A stretch of 44,167 nucleotides of DNA from Seison nebaliae. Its lineage: Eukaryota. Where the stretch lies: the NCBI GenBank assembly GCA_023231475.1, contig JALJEE010000076.1, positions 1 through 44,167 of the forward strand. The letters run 5' to 3'. The notes under the pieces are model-generated. The model saw only the letters and a program-made list of their open reading frames with translations. It ran no database searches and was not told where the DNA came from. Both the position numbers and the translations under genes were made by a program. Below, in pieces: positions 1 through 11,318 of the stretch (position 1 is the first letter of the stretch; each line of letters begins with the position of its first letter).

Positions 1-719
1 AGAAGGATAAAACTTTTAAACGATATTTTGTGATATATTTTATTTTGGTTTCCACTGGTGTATGAATCATAGTAAATCACCGTAATGAAAAAAGTAATAA
101 TAAAAATAAAAATAAAATATAATAAAAAATTAAAGTAATAAAATTAAAGAGTTAGAAAATAATTGTTTTGAAATAAATTGATGATCATGTTTGTTAAATT
201 ACAAGAGAAAGAAGGTTAAACGACCTTTATGGCGCTCTTTTTATAAATATCCTGTTTTTATTTCATTTACTAACAAATTTGTAAGTAAATAGAGATATAA
301 AATTATCGCGTAAAAAAAAGAAAAATTACTAGATTTTTTAAAAAATAATTTACCTCCAGAGGAATCCTCTGAGAGGATTTGATAATTTAATGAATAAAAA
401 AATTGTTTATCGTTTAGAATGATATAAAATAATTGGTTAATAGAATTTAAAAAAAATTAAAACTAGAATAAATAGAACGAAAAAAAACTGAAATAAATAA
501 ATTATAATAGAAGAGAAAAGAGTATAATATACAAGTGACTGATGTGTGTTGGGAGAGAGAAAACTTTTCAATAATATTATCCAGACTTTGGTAGACCATC
601 TTCATCGATACAAGTAGTGGACTGTATCAATTTAGATTCGATGAGGAATCTCCAACAATTTGTCCTTTCCATCGGAATTAAAATAATTAGTTAGTACATT
701 CCAACGTTTATTAATTCGA

Positions 720-1346
720 TCATGTTTTCATGTTAAATTCTATTTGATTTTCAATAAGTATTCCTTCCAGCATATGGATCCGATTCTTCAATTTATCCGA
801 TTTAATTTTTAACTTGATTTTCGTTGTTAAAACAATTCCTAAAAGGGAGGAAATAGAAAGTAACTTCATCAAATAAAAAATCCGTTAACCATTAACGATT
901 CGAGCAAATCGCCAAATACGCAATACTATCATAATAGCGATTTGAGGTAGTCCGTCGTTCGTTAAGAAAACGATATCTAGCGCGAAAGAAACGATGACAA
1001 CGATAGCATCAAATATTTCGAGACGTGACCGGAAGAAATGCCACCGCTCCACGTACAACTTCACTAAAATTTCCAACATGAAGAACGAGAGAATACCCAA
1101 GGAAATGTAATGAAGTATATGTGGCAAATTTTTGAGAGGTGAATCAACTGGAATATTTCCTTCCTTCAGTTCTGTTTCTAGCACCAATTCCCCAATCACA
1201 AAAATGCAGTCCAATAACACTAATGCCATGATGAAATAGATGAAGTAGAGATTGTGAAAAACCAATTTCGCTCTTCGAATAAATGAATTGTCATCTTTGA
1301 AGAAATTGGAGACACAGCTGGGCGACGCCATCTGTGACGAACTCAT
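720..1346 (-). CDS. HVCN1: Voltage-gated proton channel Hv1 (exons 1346-890, 838-720)
   Basis: Four-TM voltage-sensor domain: S1 LVLLDCIFVIGEL with the selectivity Asp, S2 HYISLGILSFFMLEILVK, S3 EIFDAIVVIVSFALD, S4 LRIWRFARIVNG (RxWRxxR Hv signature). A GT..AG intron at 889-839 joins to GIVLTTKIKLKIKSDKLKNRIHMLEGILIENQIEFNMKT*, a short coiled-coil tail. The start is uncertain and an upstream exon is possible. Confidence 0.9.
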
Positions 1347-2028
1347 CCACTCAATTCGACACGAAACGATCTTTAAAAGAAAAGAAGTTTGAAAAATGAA
1401 AGAATCATGGAAGAAATGAGAATTACTTTTAAAATATTAAAATAAATAGATTAAAATAGAAAATGATGTTGATGGAAAGAAAGGTAAATTTTCATAGAAT
1501 GAGAATAAAGTCCAGATTTTCGTGAGAATGGTAACTCGTATGAACTCTCTCCTCCCTTATTAGCGAGAGAGATAGCCGAAAGGAATGATTATAATAAGTA
1601 TGATGTATGAAGAGAAATGAAAGAAATTGGGATGAGAAGAATGGAAACTTATAGTTCTTCGTCCAAACTTTCACTATGAAGAAGATGTATCTAATGTGTT
1701 TCATCTTTCCAAATGACAATCTGACAATCTCCAAACAGAATAATTTCCTGTCGACATACCTCTTTATATAGAAGTTGGCTACAGTTACCTATACATTTTA
1801 TTGTTGAAGTGTAAGATGGGTCATATAATAATATATAATGTACTATAAAATAGTGATGTTGATGCGAAGTGCGAAGGGAAATTAATTTCTTGGTTTTCCT
1901 TTTAATAAATAAAAAATTCCAGACATTTCCCCTTCGCCAGCTATACATACTTCCACTTCGCGAAGGGGAAACGAAGTGAAGGAAAGAATAGGAGAAAAAA
2001 AGGGACGGCGAAGCAACATTTTTTTGAA

Positions 2029-2358
2029 AGTCCTTTTCCTACTTTAACGGACAGAATACTACTGGGACAATATATTCGTTGAAAAATTATGATAGGGACA
2101 AAATATATTTTATTATGAATAAAATTTTTTATATAGATACAAAAAAAAGGAATAAAATGTAAATGAAAATATTATCAAAATCAAAAAATAGTAATTTATA
2201 ACGTTTTCATAATCGAACATTTAAACATTTTATTCCTTTTTTTTTGTATTTGGATAAAAAATTCTATTCATAATAAAATATATTTTTCCTCCTATCATAA
2301 TTTTTCAACGAATATATTGTCCCAGTACTATTCTGTCCGGTAAAGTAGGAAAAGGACT
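2029..2358. repeat. Long imperfect inverted repeat (foldback/MITE-like), ~135-bp arms
   Basis: The left arm AGTCCTTTTCCTACTTTAACGGACAGAATACTACTGGGACAATATATTCGTTGAAAAATTATGATAGG... (2029-~2162) is the near reverse complement of ~2223-2358 (...CCTATCATAATTTTTCAACGAATATATTGTCCCAGTACTATTCTGTCCGGTAAAGTAGGAAAAGGACT). The spacer is ~60 bp and non-coding. Confidence 0.9.
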
Positions 2359-3086
2359 ATAAAATAGTATAAAATGCAGTATATGTTTACGATTAAAATA
2401 AAAGTGATGAAAACAGACAAATCGATTTGGGACTGAAAACAAAAATATGTTTTTCTTCTTTTCCAAATTCTTTCCGTTTTCTTTCCCACTTGTTTATGAG
2501 AAACTATTGAAAACATCATCTATGAAGGGAGAACATACAAGAGAATGGAATTGTTCATAATAACTTTCATAATTAATCGGTTAATAGTCCGATAAAGTGA
2601 AGAATGGCGAAAGTAGAAAGACTTAATTCGATTTATCAATTAATTTAGGAGGGAAGACCATATTCATTGGATTACATTACTGGTAGTTGATGATTAATTG
2701 GGTGGAGGAATTAGCATGACTTTTTCCACGATTGTCTGAGGGTGTTAACTGAAAATGAACTGAAAATGAACCTAGGGTTTTTTAGTTGAAATTCAACAGA
2801 GAAGCAGTTTAGACCATCGTAAGCCAAAGTTTAATTTGAGAATTGGCAAACGGATTGTGGGGCGGATAGTTTAAGTTAGAATTTGAAGCTTGACAAATTA
2901 TCAAATATTTCGATTTGTCGTTTCCCACCGTCTCTCCCACTATTCGTCACATTTCTTTCTGTTTTGCAAATCGATTAAAATTAATTCACTCGATTTTCAT
3001 GATAGGTTTGTGAAATTGAATTTTTAAAGGAATTCCTCCTCGTTTGTATTTTGTGAGGATCATCTAAAGTCGATTGAACTTGATTA

Positions 3087-4812
3087 ATGTTGGTAGAAGA
3101 GGAATTTGAATTGAAGCTTTACCTCCCCAACCAACAAATGATGACAAATAATGACGGAAAATTCGTCACGGAACATGACGGAGATAAGTCGAAAGTTATG
3201 AAGGAATCGGCTACAGGTTTCGGTTTGACGAAAGACATGAAGAAATCGATACGATCCGAACAATTAGAGAACGAAAGACTCAGGTTAAATTTATTTTCTT
3301 TTTCAACATCTTCTTGAATGAAAGTGGAACAGATTGCAGGAAGTCGGTCAAGTAATTAGTCGAACTGAGAATGAGAAAGTGAAAAAGGAAGAAGTGAAGA
3401 AATCGGTTGATGATTATAAAACATGTCTTCCTCTCCGCTTCAATTATGAGTTGACGAAGAAGGAGAATTCGTTTCTCGATAAGTCGCCGACCAATCGAGT
3501 CTCATTTGGATCATCGACATTATTTGGAGAAGTGAAAAAGAAAAATGATTTATTTCCATCATCTACCGACGACCATCAAGCAAAAATGGCGTTAGAGAAA
3601 GCGAAGAAAGAAGAAGAGATTTCTAAGAAATTGATGGAAGAACAAGAAAAATTAAGAGATGACGAGAAAAGCGGTTCGATTTTCGACAAACCCTCCTCCA
3701 CTTTCTCCAATAAACGATCGAATCCGTTGGCAGTTCAAACGAACAAATCGATAAAGAAAGACTTCGAACTGATCAGCGGAGAAGAGGATGAAGAGACAAT
3801 TTATAAGATTGTTCACAATTTTTCTTTTATTAATGTCTTCATTAAAATTTCATAATGATTTGAAGAGTCCATGTCGTTTATTTCAATTCTCCGAATCGAA
3901 TTGGAAGGACAAAGGACGTGGCAATCTGCGAATAAATAAATTGGCGAAAATGAATTGTGAATTGGGTCGATATCGAATAAGTTTTCTTCATTTTTTTCCC
4001 TTCATAATTTCTTTATGTATCTCTTCTTTCTAGTTATGCGATCTGAAGGTACGAGAATGTTATTGTTAAATAGTCGAATTTTTTCCGGAATGAAATGTAG
4101 TCAATCGAAAGCGAACGGTATTATTATCACTGCTCAGACCTCATCAGGTGACGTTGTTATGCATCAGATAAAAGTTTCTTATTTTTCATCTTTTAAGTTA
4201 TTTTCTTTTTTTTTTTAGTTATATAACGGTCAATCGCCGCTACCTCTTCTGAAAGTAATTCAAAGTATTCTCAATGAATTACAACAAGATGACAAAGAGA
4301 ATCCAACGAATCAAATAGAAAATGAGAATTCGAGTTACGAACGACAAACGAATGGGAAGAGTGAAGGAGACGATCGAAGAAAACGGATATTAATTCTAGA
4401 TAGCAAGGATAGTAACGAAACATTGAGCGATTCGAAAGACGATGTTTCTCTTACCGAATCCAACGGTCTATCGGAAGAACATCCAACAAAAATTCTGAAG
4501 AAAGATGATTCACCTTCGAAGAAAGTCGATGGAAGTGGAGAAGAATATTCTATCGATCACGAAAGAGAAGAGGAAGATACAATTATATTGAAGAGAAATG
4601 AAGAAATTGAAGAAGATCATCATCATCATCGTCATCATCATCATCATCATACTCATCATCATACTCATCATCATACTCATAATCATTTGATGAATGAAGA
4701 TGAAGTGAATAAGAATGAGATTTTAAAGGATGACATTAAAAGAAAAGAGAATCATAAAAAAGAGATGATAATGAAGGAGAATATGGAAAAAAAAGAGAAA
4801 ATATCAGAATAA
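3087..4812 (+). CDS. RANBP3: Ran-binding-domain protein, RanBP3-like (introns 3284-3332, 3811-3865, 3981-4033, 4174-4218)
   Basis: Spliced RanBD: ISGEEDEETIYK..CRLFQFSESNWKDKGRGNLRINKL..RIIMRSEGTRMLLLNSRIF, matching the RanBP3/Nup50-type GEE..W..rG.G.L.ln..RlvMR..G..l.lN pattern. FG-like motifs lie upstream and the tail is acidic/His-rich. All four GT-AG introns keep frame. Confidence 0.8.
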
Positions 4813-4874
4813 AAATTGAATGGAAATTCGAATGGGAAAAAACTCAAAATTCAATTTCTTATTTTCCATCTTTC

Positions 4875-4875
<1 letters not shown>

Positions 4876-4916
<41 letters not shown>
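4876..4916. repeat. (TTA)n microsatellite
   Basis: About 13 consecutive TTA units visible directly. Confidence 0.9.
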
Positions 4917-5231
4917 GATAGAGAAGAACTTTCTATCAAAAATAAAAGTACTTGTAATCTGATGGGAATTTGGACGGAATGAATTCTTTCAATGATCACA
5001 TCTCATCGTAAAATTAATGAATAAGAATGATGGTGTCGATAACACGATTGCATTCCCAATTTCTTCTTAATTATCGCTTTCCCTCTCGTTAATTGAACGA
5101 GAGTGTCCCAACTAAATATCTTCCAAAAACTGTTTCCTCAATTTGAAAAATCATCATTCTTTTTCTTTAAAGTATTTGACGAATCATTTTCTCAAAATAC
5201 AGTTCCATCAATATTAGTTTGGTTGGAGAAT

Positions 5232-5626
5232 ATGTTGTCGATGAGAATGTCTTTCTTCTACTTTCTCATTTTTATTGGATTGGTTAGTAACATTTCTTTT
5301 TCATAATTCAATCTTTCTCATTCTCTAAAGAGTTTCTCTTATGAACAATCGATAAATAAAAAACGATATCCTTTTCCCTACTTACCTAAACGATTCTTTT
5401 GCAACGCTGCTACCGGTCTCCTTTTCTTCCATCCATTTCCGTCATTTCATTACTTCCAGGTTGTAACATGAGAGGTCCACGAGAACTCTCTAATTTCGAC
5501 GTGAATTCCGATCGATTCACTAATTCTGAAGTGTCGATATTACGAAAACTTCTACTTCAGATGAGAGATGCTGGACCACTCAGTCACATCCTCTACAAAT
5601 GTGGCGACGGATTCCTCTGCAAATAA
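5232..5626 (+). CDS. CCAP: CCAP-type neuropeptide precursor, ~100 aa (exons 5232-5282, 5331-5415, 5460-5626)
   Basis: Splicing GTTAGT..AAAG (5283-5330) and GTCTCC..CCAG (5416-5459) gives MLSMRMSFFYFLIFIGLSFSYEQSINKKRYPFPYLPKRFFCNAATGCNMRGPRELSNFDVNSDRFTNSEVSILRKLLLQMRDAGPLSHILYKCGDGFLCK*. It has a signal peptide, dibasic sites, and FFCNAATGC, which is 7/9 identical to CCAP PFCNAFTGC. The start could be 5232, 5241 or 5247. Confidence 0.82.
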
Positions 5627-5653
5627 ATTGCAAATAAATTGCAAATAAAATGC
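5618..5653 (+). repeat. 11-bp tandem repeat (TGCAAATAAAT x3) spanning the neuropeptide stop codon
   Basis: TGCAAATAAATTGCAAATAAATTGCAAATAAAATGCA; each unit contains AATAAA. Confidence 0.8.
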
Positions 5654-6005
5654 ACAACGTTAACATAAGATCATTAAGTTAATGAGAAAAATTGTTCTTT
5701 CACACATTTCGTCACAATCATCTATCATCAATCAATTAATATCCATTTCTTTCTTTTCCTCTTTATTTCCACTTATCATATGGGAATCATTTCTCATTTC
5801 CGTCTCGACGGTGGGATGTTTTGTCTCAAATAAATTATTCTTCACATTCTCTCGTCTTCGCTAGCTCCATATCTTCTCTTACCAATCGAACCAATAAACT
5901 TCCATTTTCACATCGAAGTGAATTCCATTTTAAACTTTAGCTTCATAAAACTTTATTTCGATGTTTCATGTGGAAATTTGAGTGAAAAATTTGGGAGGAA
6001 AAACG

Positions 6006-8307
6006 ATGGAAATGACGACTGAAATTAATCCATATATTATGGAAGTGATGGAATATTTGGAGGAAAGAATGTCGGAAAATCAAAAGAATGATTTTATGAG
6101 AAAAATCGATTTGATAGATTCATCATCAATTCCAATCAATGGAATTATCGATTTGGCAAGTGATTATAGTTTTCGAATTGTCTCCCTTCATCCTCTTCTC
6201 CAACTCATTACGAAGTTTGATGTTTTGTTAAGGAGGAAATGAATTTGTGAAATTTCCATTTGTCAAGTTATTTAGGAAATGGGAAATTGACAGAGAATAT
6301 CGAACGATATTCATTGTATCATCTCTTCAATCGATGTCTCCTCAATTTTATGTTTTGTGAGGAAAATTTCGAAATTTCTTTTATCGTCTTCCTCAATCGA
6401 TCCGCCGTTTGGCTCACTCGACATTTGGATCTGAAAATATTTTATGTTTTCTTAAAAAAGTTATTTTATTTCATAATCAACAAATTCCATAATAATGATC
6501 AATCGATAGATTTTCCGTTATAATTGACAATTCGCCAATATTGATGATAAATGATTTGGAGAAGAAACGGATAATTTTCAAAGATTTCTCCACACAAATT
6601 TTCACGGAGATTCAAGAGAATGTTCCTGTTAATTTCGAAATGTTCTTATCACAAATCATCAAATGGAAACCGAACGATTTGACACGAATTCCTATCGATC
6701 TTATCTCGTCGAATCAATCGATTGATTGTCCGATCGTTCGACATTTATACCATAAGTTTCATTCGAATTATGAGAATAATAATAATAATAAGAAGTCGAA
6801 AAGTTCTCCCGAATTATTTTTAGGAATTCTTTACGACATCTGGGAAACGGCCTTTGACAATTGGACGAATAAAAATGATAATTTCGATATATTTCCCCAA
6901 TTCGCCAATTTGTCAATTTCCTTCTGGACTTTACTTCTACGATATTATTCCATTAATAAAGTTCCCAAAATTTTGATTAAAAAAAAAATTTTTTTTTTAA
7001 TTTTTTAAAGAAAATCTTTCCGATTATCACAATAATTGGAGAGGAACGAATAGAGAATCTGTTGGAGATGTTAACCAAGGGACAAGAGATGGGACGATTA
7101 TTAAAAATTCTCAATACGGCGACAACATCATATAATTATTTATTTCTCATAATAATCTTGTCGGAGAAATGGTTGAATGACATTCCTATAATTTGTAATG
7201 AATTGAAAGAATCGTTACGAATCGATTGGAATACAATTCTCCTTCATATCTATACACTGAAGATGTTGTTGAAAGAGATGGAGAATAACGATGTTCTTAC
7301 TTATCATTTCTATTCGATAGTTACCTTTATTATTTTCACAATTTCTAATTATTCGTCTTTAATTTTTTCTAGCAATATCTATTGATTCTCATTTATTGTT
7401 TAATGAAAATTTTGAGTAAGGAAAAAAAGATGGAAGGAAACGAATATTTGATCGAGAAATCCTTCTTCAATCTCCATAATCTTCATAAGAAATTATTGAG
7501 ATGTTTGATGATTTATAGACCAGATGATAAATTTATTTTTCTTCTCTTCCAATCGATCGAATTCTCCTTCGATCTCCATTTCCATCATCGTTTGATGTTC
7601 GTCGATGATCTCTTATTAAATGAATTGATAGAAGAAATAAAGAGCATTTGGTCAATTCATGTCAATGATATGACGATCAATCATCAAATTCTCATTTATC
7701 ACTCTTTATTCAATCTCATCAATAACTGTCAATCAGTCCCAATAGTTTCTTTAATTTTCCATCAAATTTCATTCTTTTCAGATAAATCGAATGAAGAAAC
7801 TTTTGAATTTCCGAATGTTTTGGGAGAAATTGAAAACATCCCAATCTAATAAATTGACAGAAGATATGATTGTAATTGAGATGAATTTCAATATCATTCA
7901 TCAACTCATCACAAGTGACGTGGACGATCTAGATGAGAATAACGAGACAGTTATTTCTATCATTAATTCTCCTTCTATTTCTACCTTCACATTTCTCCCA
8001 GGAATTAACCAACATTTGTGAGTCATTTCGCTCTTTAATGATTAACGATTCACATATTAATGAAAATCGTCAACTGTCAAACAATCATCATCATCAAACA
8101 TTTCAATCGAAGAATGGAAGTGAAGAAATAGTTGATGATGATGATTGTATATTACTTTCAGATGACGATAATTATTGTGATGATGTAGAAGAATTGTTAG
8201 AATCAGCAAGAGAATTCTATAGAAAAACTAAAAATAATCGACAAATCCAAAAAAATACTTTAAAGAAAATTATTTCAATTTTCCATTTTAATAAACTCAC
8301 TCAATAA
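6006..8307 (+). CDS. Uncharacterised ~670-aa Leu/Ile-rich, probably alpha-helical protein (7 exons; introns 6215-6267, 6460-6509, 6961-7010, 7320-7372, 7745-7781, 7950-8001)
   Basis: The consecutive + ORF fragments join into one continuous frame through six 37-53 nt GT-AG introns. The C-terminal region is acidic (IVDDDDCILLSDDD, SIM-like). No family recognised. Confidence 0.7.
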
Positions 8308-8645
8308 TAATATCTCTAATAATAACATCTTTTTCTCAATCTCACAACTAAATAACAATATCAATTCATAATAAATGTCCAATAAATAAATAAATAAATA
8401 AAGAGACATTTAGTGATCATATACTGTATAATGGATAAAAGATGTCAAATATAGATCGAGATTGTCAGATCATTGAGGAAGATTAATAATATTATTGGAT
8501 AATTTAATTCATAGAACGATAGAGGAAAGTTGAAGAAATAAGTGAAAGAATAAAGAAAAAGGTAAATTATATTAATTTTATTCAATTCAGAAATTTTAAG
8601 AGAATTGTCCGTTACCAATATCATTCTATTTCGCTTATCTTCATC

Positions 8646-10037
8646 TTACTTCTTCTTCAATGCTTTCTCGGCGGCCTTGGTTGTCTTGGCACTTCCAGCT
8701 TCTTTCTTATTCACATCTTTGATTACACCTACAGCGACAGTTTGTCTCATGTCACGAACAGCGAATCGTCCCAATGGAGCATATTCGGAGAATTTCTCGA
8801 CACACATCGGTTTCGTTGGGATCATTTTGACGATGGCAGCTTCACCAGATTTCACGAATTTGGGTTCGCTCTCAATCGTTTTTCCTGATCGACGATCGAT
8901 CTTCTCTTTCAAAGTTTCGAATTTACATGCAATGTGAGCGGTATGGCAATCCAAAACTGGTGCGTAACCGGCGGAAATCTGTCCTGGATGATTGAGGATA
9001 ATGACTTGAGCAGTGAAATCGACAGTTCCCTTGGCGGGATCATTTTTCGAATCAGATGCAACATAACCTCGTCGAATATCTTTCACTGAAACGGATTTGA
9101 CGTTAAAACCGACATTGTCTCCAGGAAGAGCTTCAGGAAGAGAGACGTGATGCATCTCAACCGATTTAACTTCAGTTGTCACTCCACATGGGGCGAAAGT
9201 GACGACCATTCCTGGTTTCAATTTTCCTGTTTCTATACGACCTACGGGCACCGTTCCAATACCTCCAATTTTGTAAACATCTTGTAATGGTAATCGAAGT
9301 GGTTTCTCGGTTGGTCGACTTGGTGGTAAGACGGCGTCGAGAGAATCCAACAATGTTGCACCACTCGTTTTTCCATGTCCTTTTCGTTCAATTTCCCATC
9401 CTTTGTACCATGGCATCTTCTCACTCTTCTCCAACATGTTGTCGCCATTCCATCCAGAAATTGGAACGAAAGCAACACTAGCTGGATTGTAACCAATCTT
9501 CTTCACAACACTACTCACTTCAGTCTTGATTTCATTGAATCGTTTCTCGCTGTATGGTGGTTCCGTCGAATCCATTTTGTTCACACCAACGATCAATTGT
9601 TTCACACCGAGAGTGAAAGCCAAAAGAGCATGCTCTCTCGTTTGTCCATTCTTTGAGATACCGGATTCAAATTCACCAGTTCCAGCTGCAACAATTAAGA
9701 CGGCACAATCAGCTTGCGATGTTCCTGTGATCATGTTCTTGATGAAATCACGATGACCTGGAGCATCGATAATTGTCACGTAGAATTTGGATGTTTCGAA
9801 TTTCCATAAAGCGATATCGATGGTAATACCACGTTCACGTTCTGCCTTCAATTTGTCCAATACCCATGCATATTTGAATGAGCCTTTTCCCATTTCTTGT
9901 GCCTCTTTCTCGAACTTTTCGATCGTTCGCTTGTCAATTCCACCACACTTGTAGATCAAATGACCAGTTGTGGTCGATTTACCAGAGTCGACATGACCGA
10001 TGACGACGATGTTAATATGAATCTTTTCCTTTCCCAT
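8646..10037 (-). CDS. EEF1A: Elongation factor 1-alpha (intronless CDS, 463 aa)
   Basis: [21 protein letters not shown] motifs; animal STEPPYS motif; C-terminal [20 protein letters not shown]. Confidence 0.99.
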   Translation of the reverse strand: MGKEKIHINIVVIGHVDSGKSTTTGHLIYKCGGIDKRTIEKFEKEAQEMGKGSFKYAWVLDKLKAERERGITIDIALWKFETSKFYVTIIDAPGHRDFIKNMITGTSQADCAVLIVAAGTGEFESGISKNGQTREHALLAFTLGVKQLIVGVNKMDSTEPPYSEKRFNEIKTEVSSVVKKIGYNPASVAFVPISGWNGDNMLEKSEKMPWYKGWEIERKGHGKTSGATLLDSLDAVLPPSRPTEKPLRLPLQDVYKIGGIGTVPVGRIETGKLKPGMVVTFAPCGVTTEVKSVEMHHVSLPEALPGDNVGFNVKSVSVKDIRRGYVASDSKNDPAKGTVDFTAQVIILNHPGQISAGYAPVLDCHTAHIACKFETLKEKIDRRSGKTIESEPKFVKSGEAAIVKMIPTKPMCVEKFSEYAPLGRFAVRDMRQTVAVGVIKDVNKKEAGSAKTTKAAEKALKKK

Positions 10038-11318
10038 CTCTAAATGCTAGAAGCGTTAAATTCGAATTTAATTAATTCTATAGCAGGAAAGAAACATCAA
10101 AGATACAGTCACACAAATACTTAATATATATGGAACACTCTTAATCCACATAAGATACAAACGAATAATAGAATTGGAGAATAAGAATGATTTAACATTT
10201 CTTATTGAAGAAAAGGAATAATGAAAAGAATACATATGAGAAAAAGATACATGAAAAATCCGAAGAATTCTTATATCTTTCAAACATCTGACTAAATTGT
10301 GAGAAATGAAAATGAGAATAATGAATTTTTCTTATAAACACCAGAGTGGACATAGAAAATACTAGAATACCACATGGCTGAACAACGTTTCATAGATCGC
10401 ACACCGGAACAACGTGGCGATGAAGAAACAATAAATTTATTAACATCCCAAATACATTTATTCTGGAGCAGTTTCATTTCAAAACGTTAGCTTTTAGCTT
10501 TCGACAAAAAAATGTGCTTTTTCCCCTATAAGCTTGTGATTTCATTAAATTTTTTATTGCGAAATTATTAATTTTTTCCCTCAATTCCCACTTCATCTAA
10601 ACCATATCTCTAACATTCGAGTATTGGCGCAACGAATGATTACTATGGAGTCAATTATTGGACAAACCACATTTAATTAGGGGAAATTTAACTATTTTAA
10701 AGTTGAGTAATCTTCTTTCAATTGTCTGTGCAATTTCAAATTTTATTGAGAGGGCAGGAGAAAGTTTATTTGCATAAATAATAAAATGTTATTAAATTGA
10801 AAAAAAAAATCTCTGAAAATGCTGTAAATAAAAGAAAAATAGAATATTGTGATATCATCTCTTGTGATAAAATGATATTATATGGTCATTTCAAATTGAT
10901 CATTTATCGGTAAAAAAAATTGCCATAAACTTATTGACGGAGAGAAGTGAATTCCATTTGTCAATCGAAAAAAAAAAATTAACAATTTCAATAAAGAAAA
11001 ATTACATGTAGAATAATATTCTTGTCTTTTTTTGTCTCTCTCTCTCTCTTTCTCTCTCGAGTTTAATTGTAATAATAATGATTTGCCTAATGAATAAAAA
11101 TAATATTGATAAACTTTTATGAAGTGGAAAGTGTGAGAGGAGGGAGGTTTAGGGAGTGAGTAAAATTGATTAAAAAATGTAATGGAAATTTGTGGGAGAC
11201 ATTAAAATAAGTTTTTGACAAGAATATATGAAATAAATAAAAAGAGGAAAAATATTTGGGAAAATTTTGAAAAAGTAAATTGATTAGATGAAATAAAGAA
11301 TGTGGCAGTAGTTGTCTG

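Noticed and set aside
8605..9756. Several + strand ORFs overlapping EF-1alpha
   Set aside because: Antisense shadows of a conserved, codon-biased gene.
10290..10440. GC-richer patch upstream of EF-1alpha considered as an intronic snoRNA
   Set aside because: No convincing C/D or H/ACA boxes or terminal stem seen.
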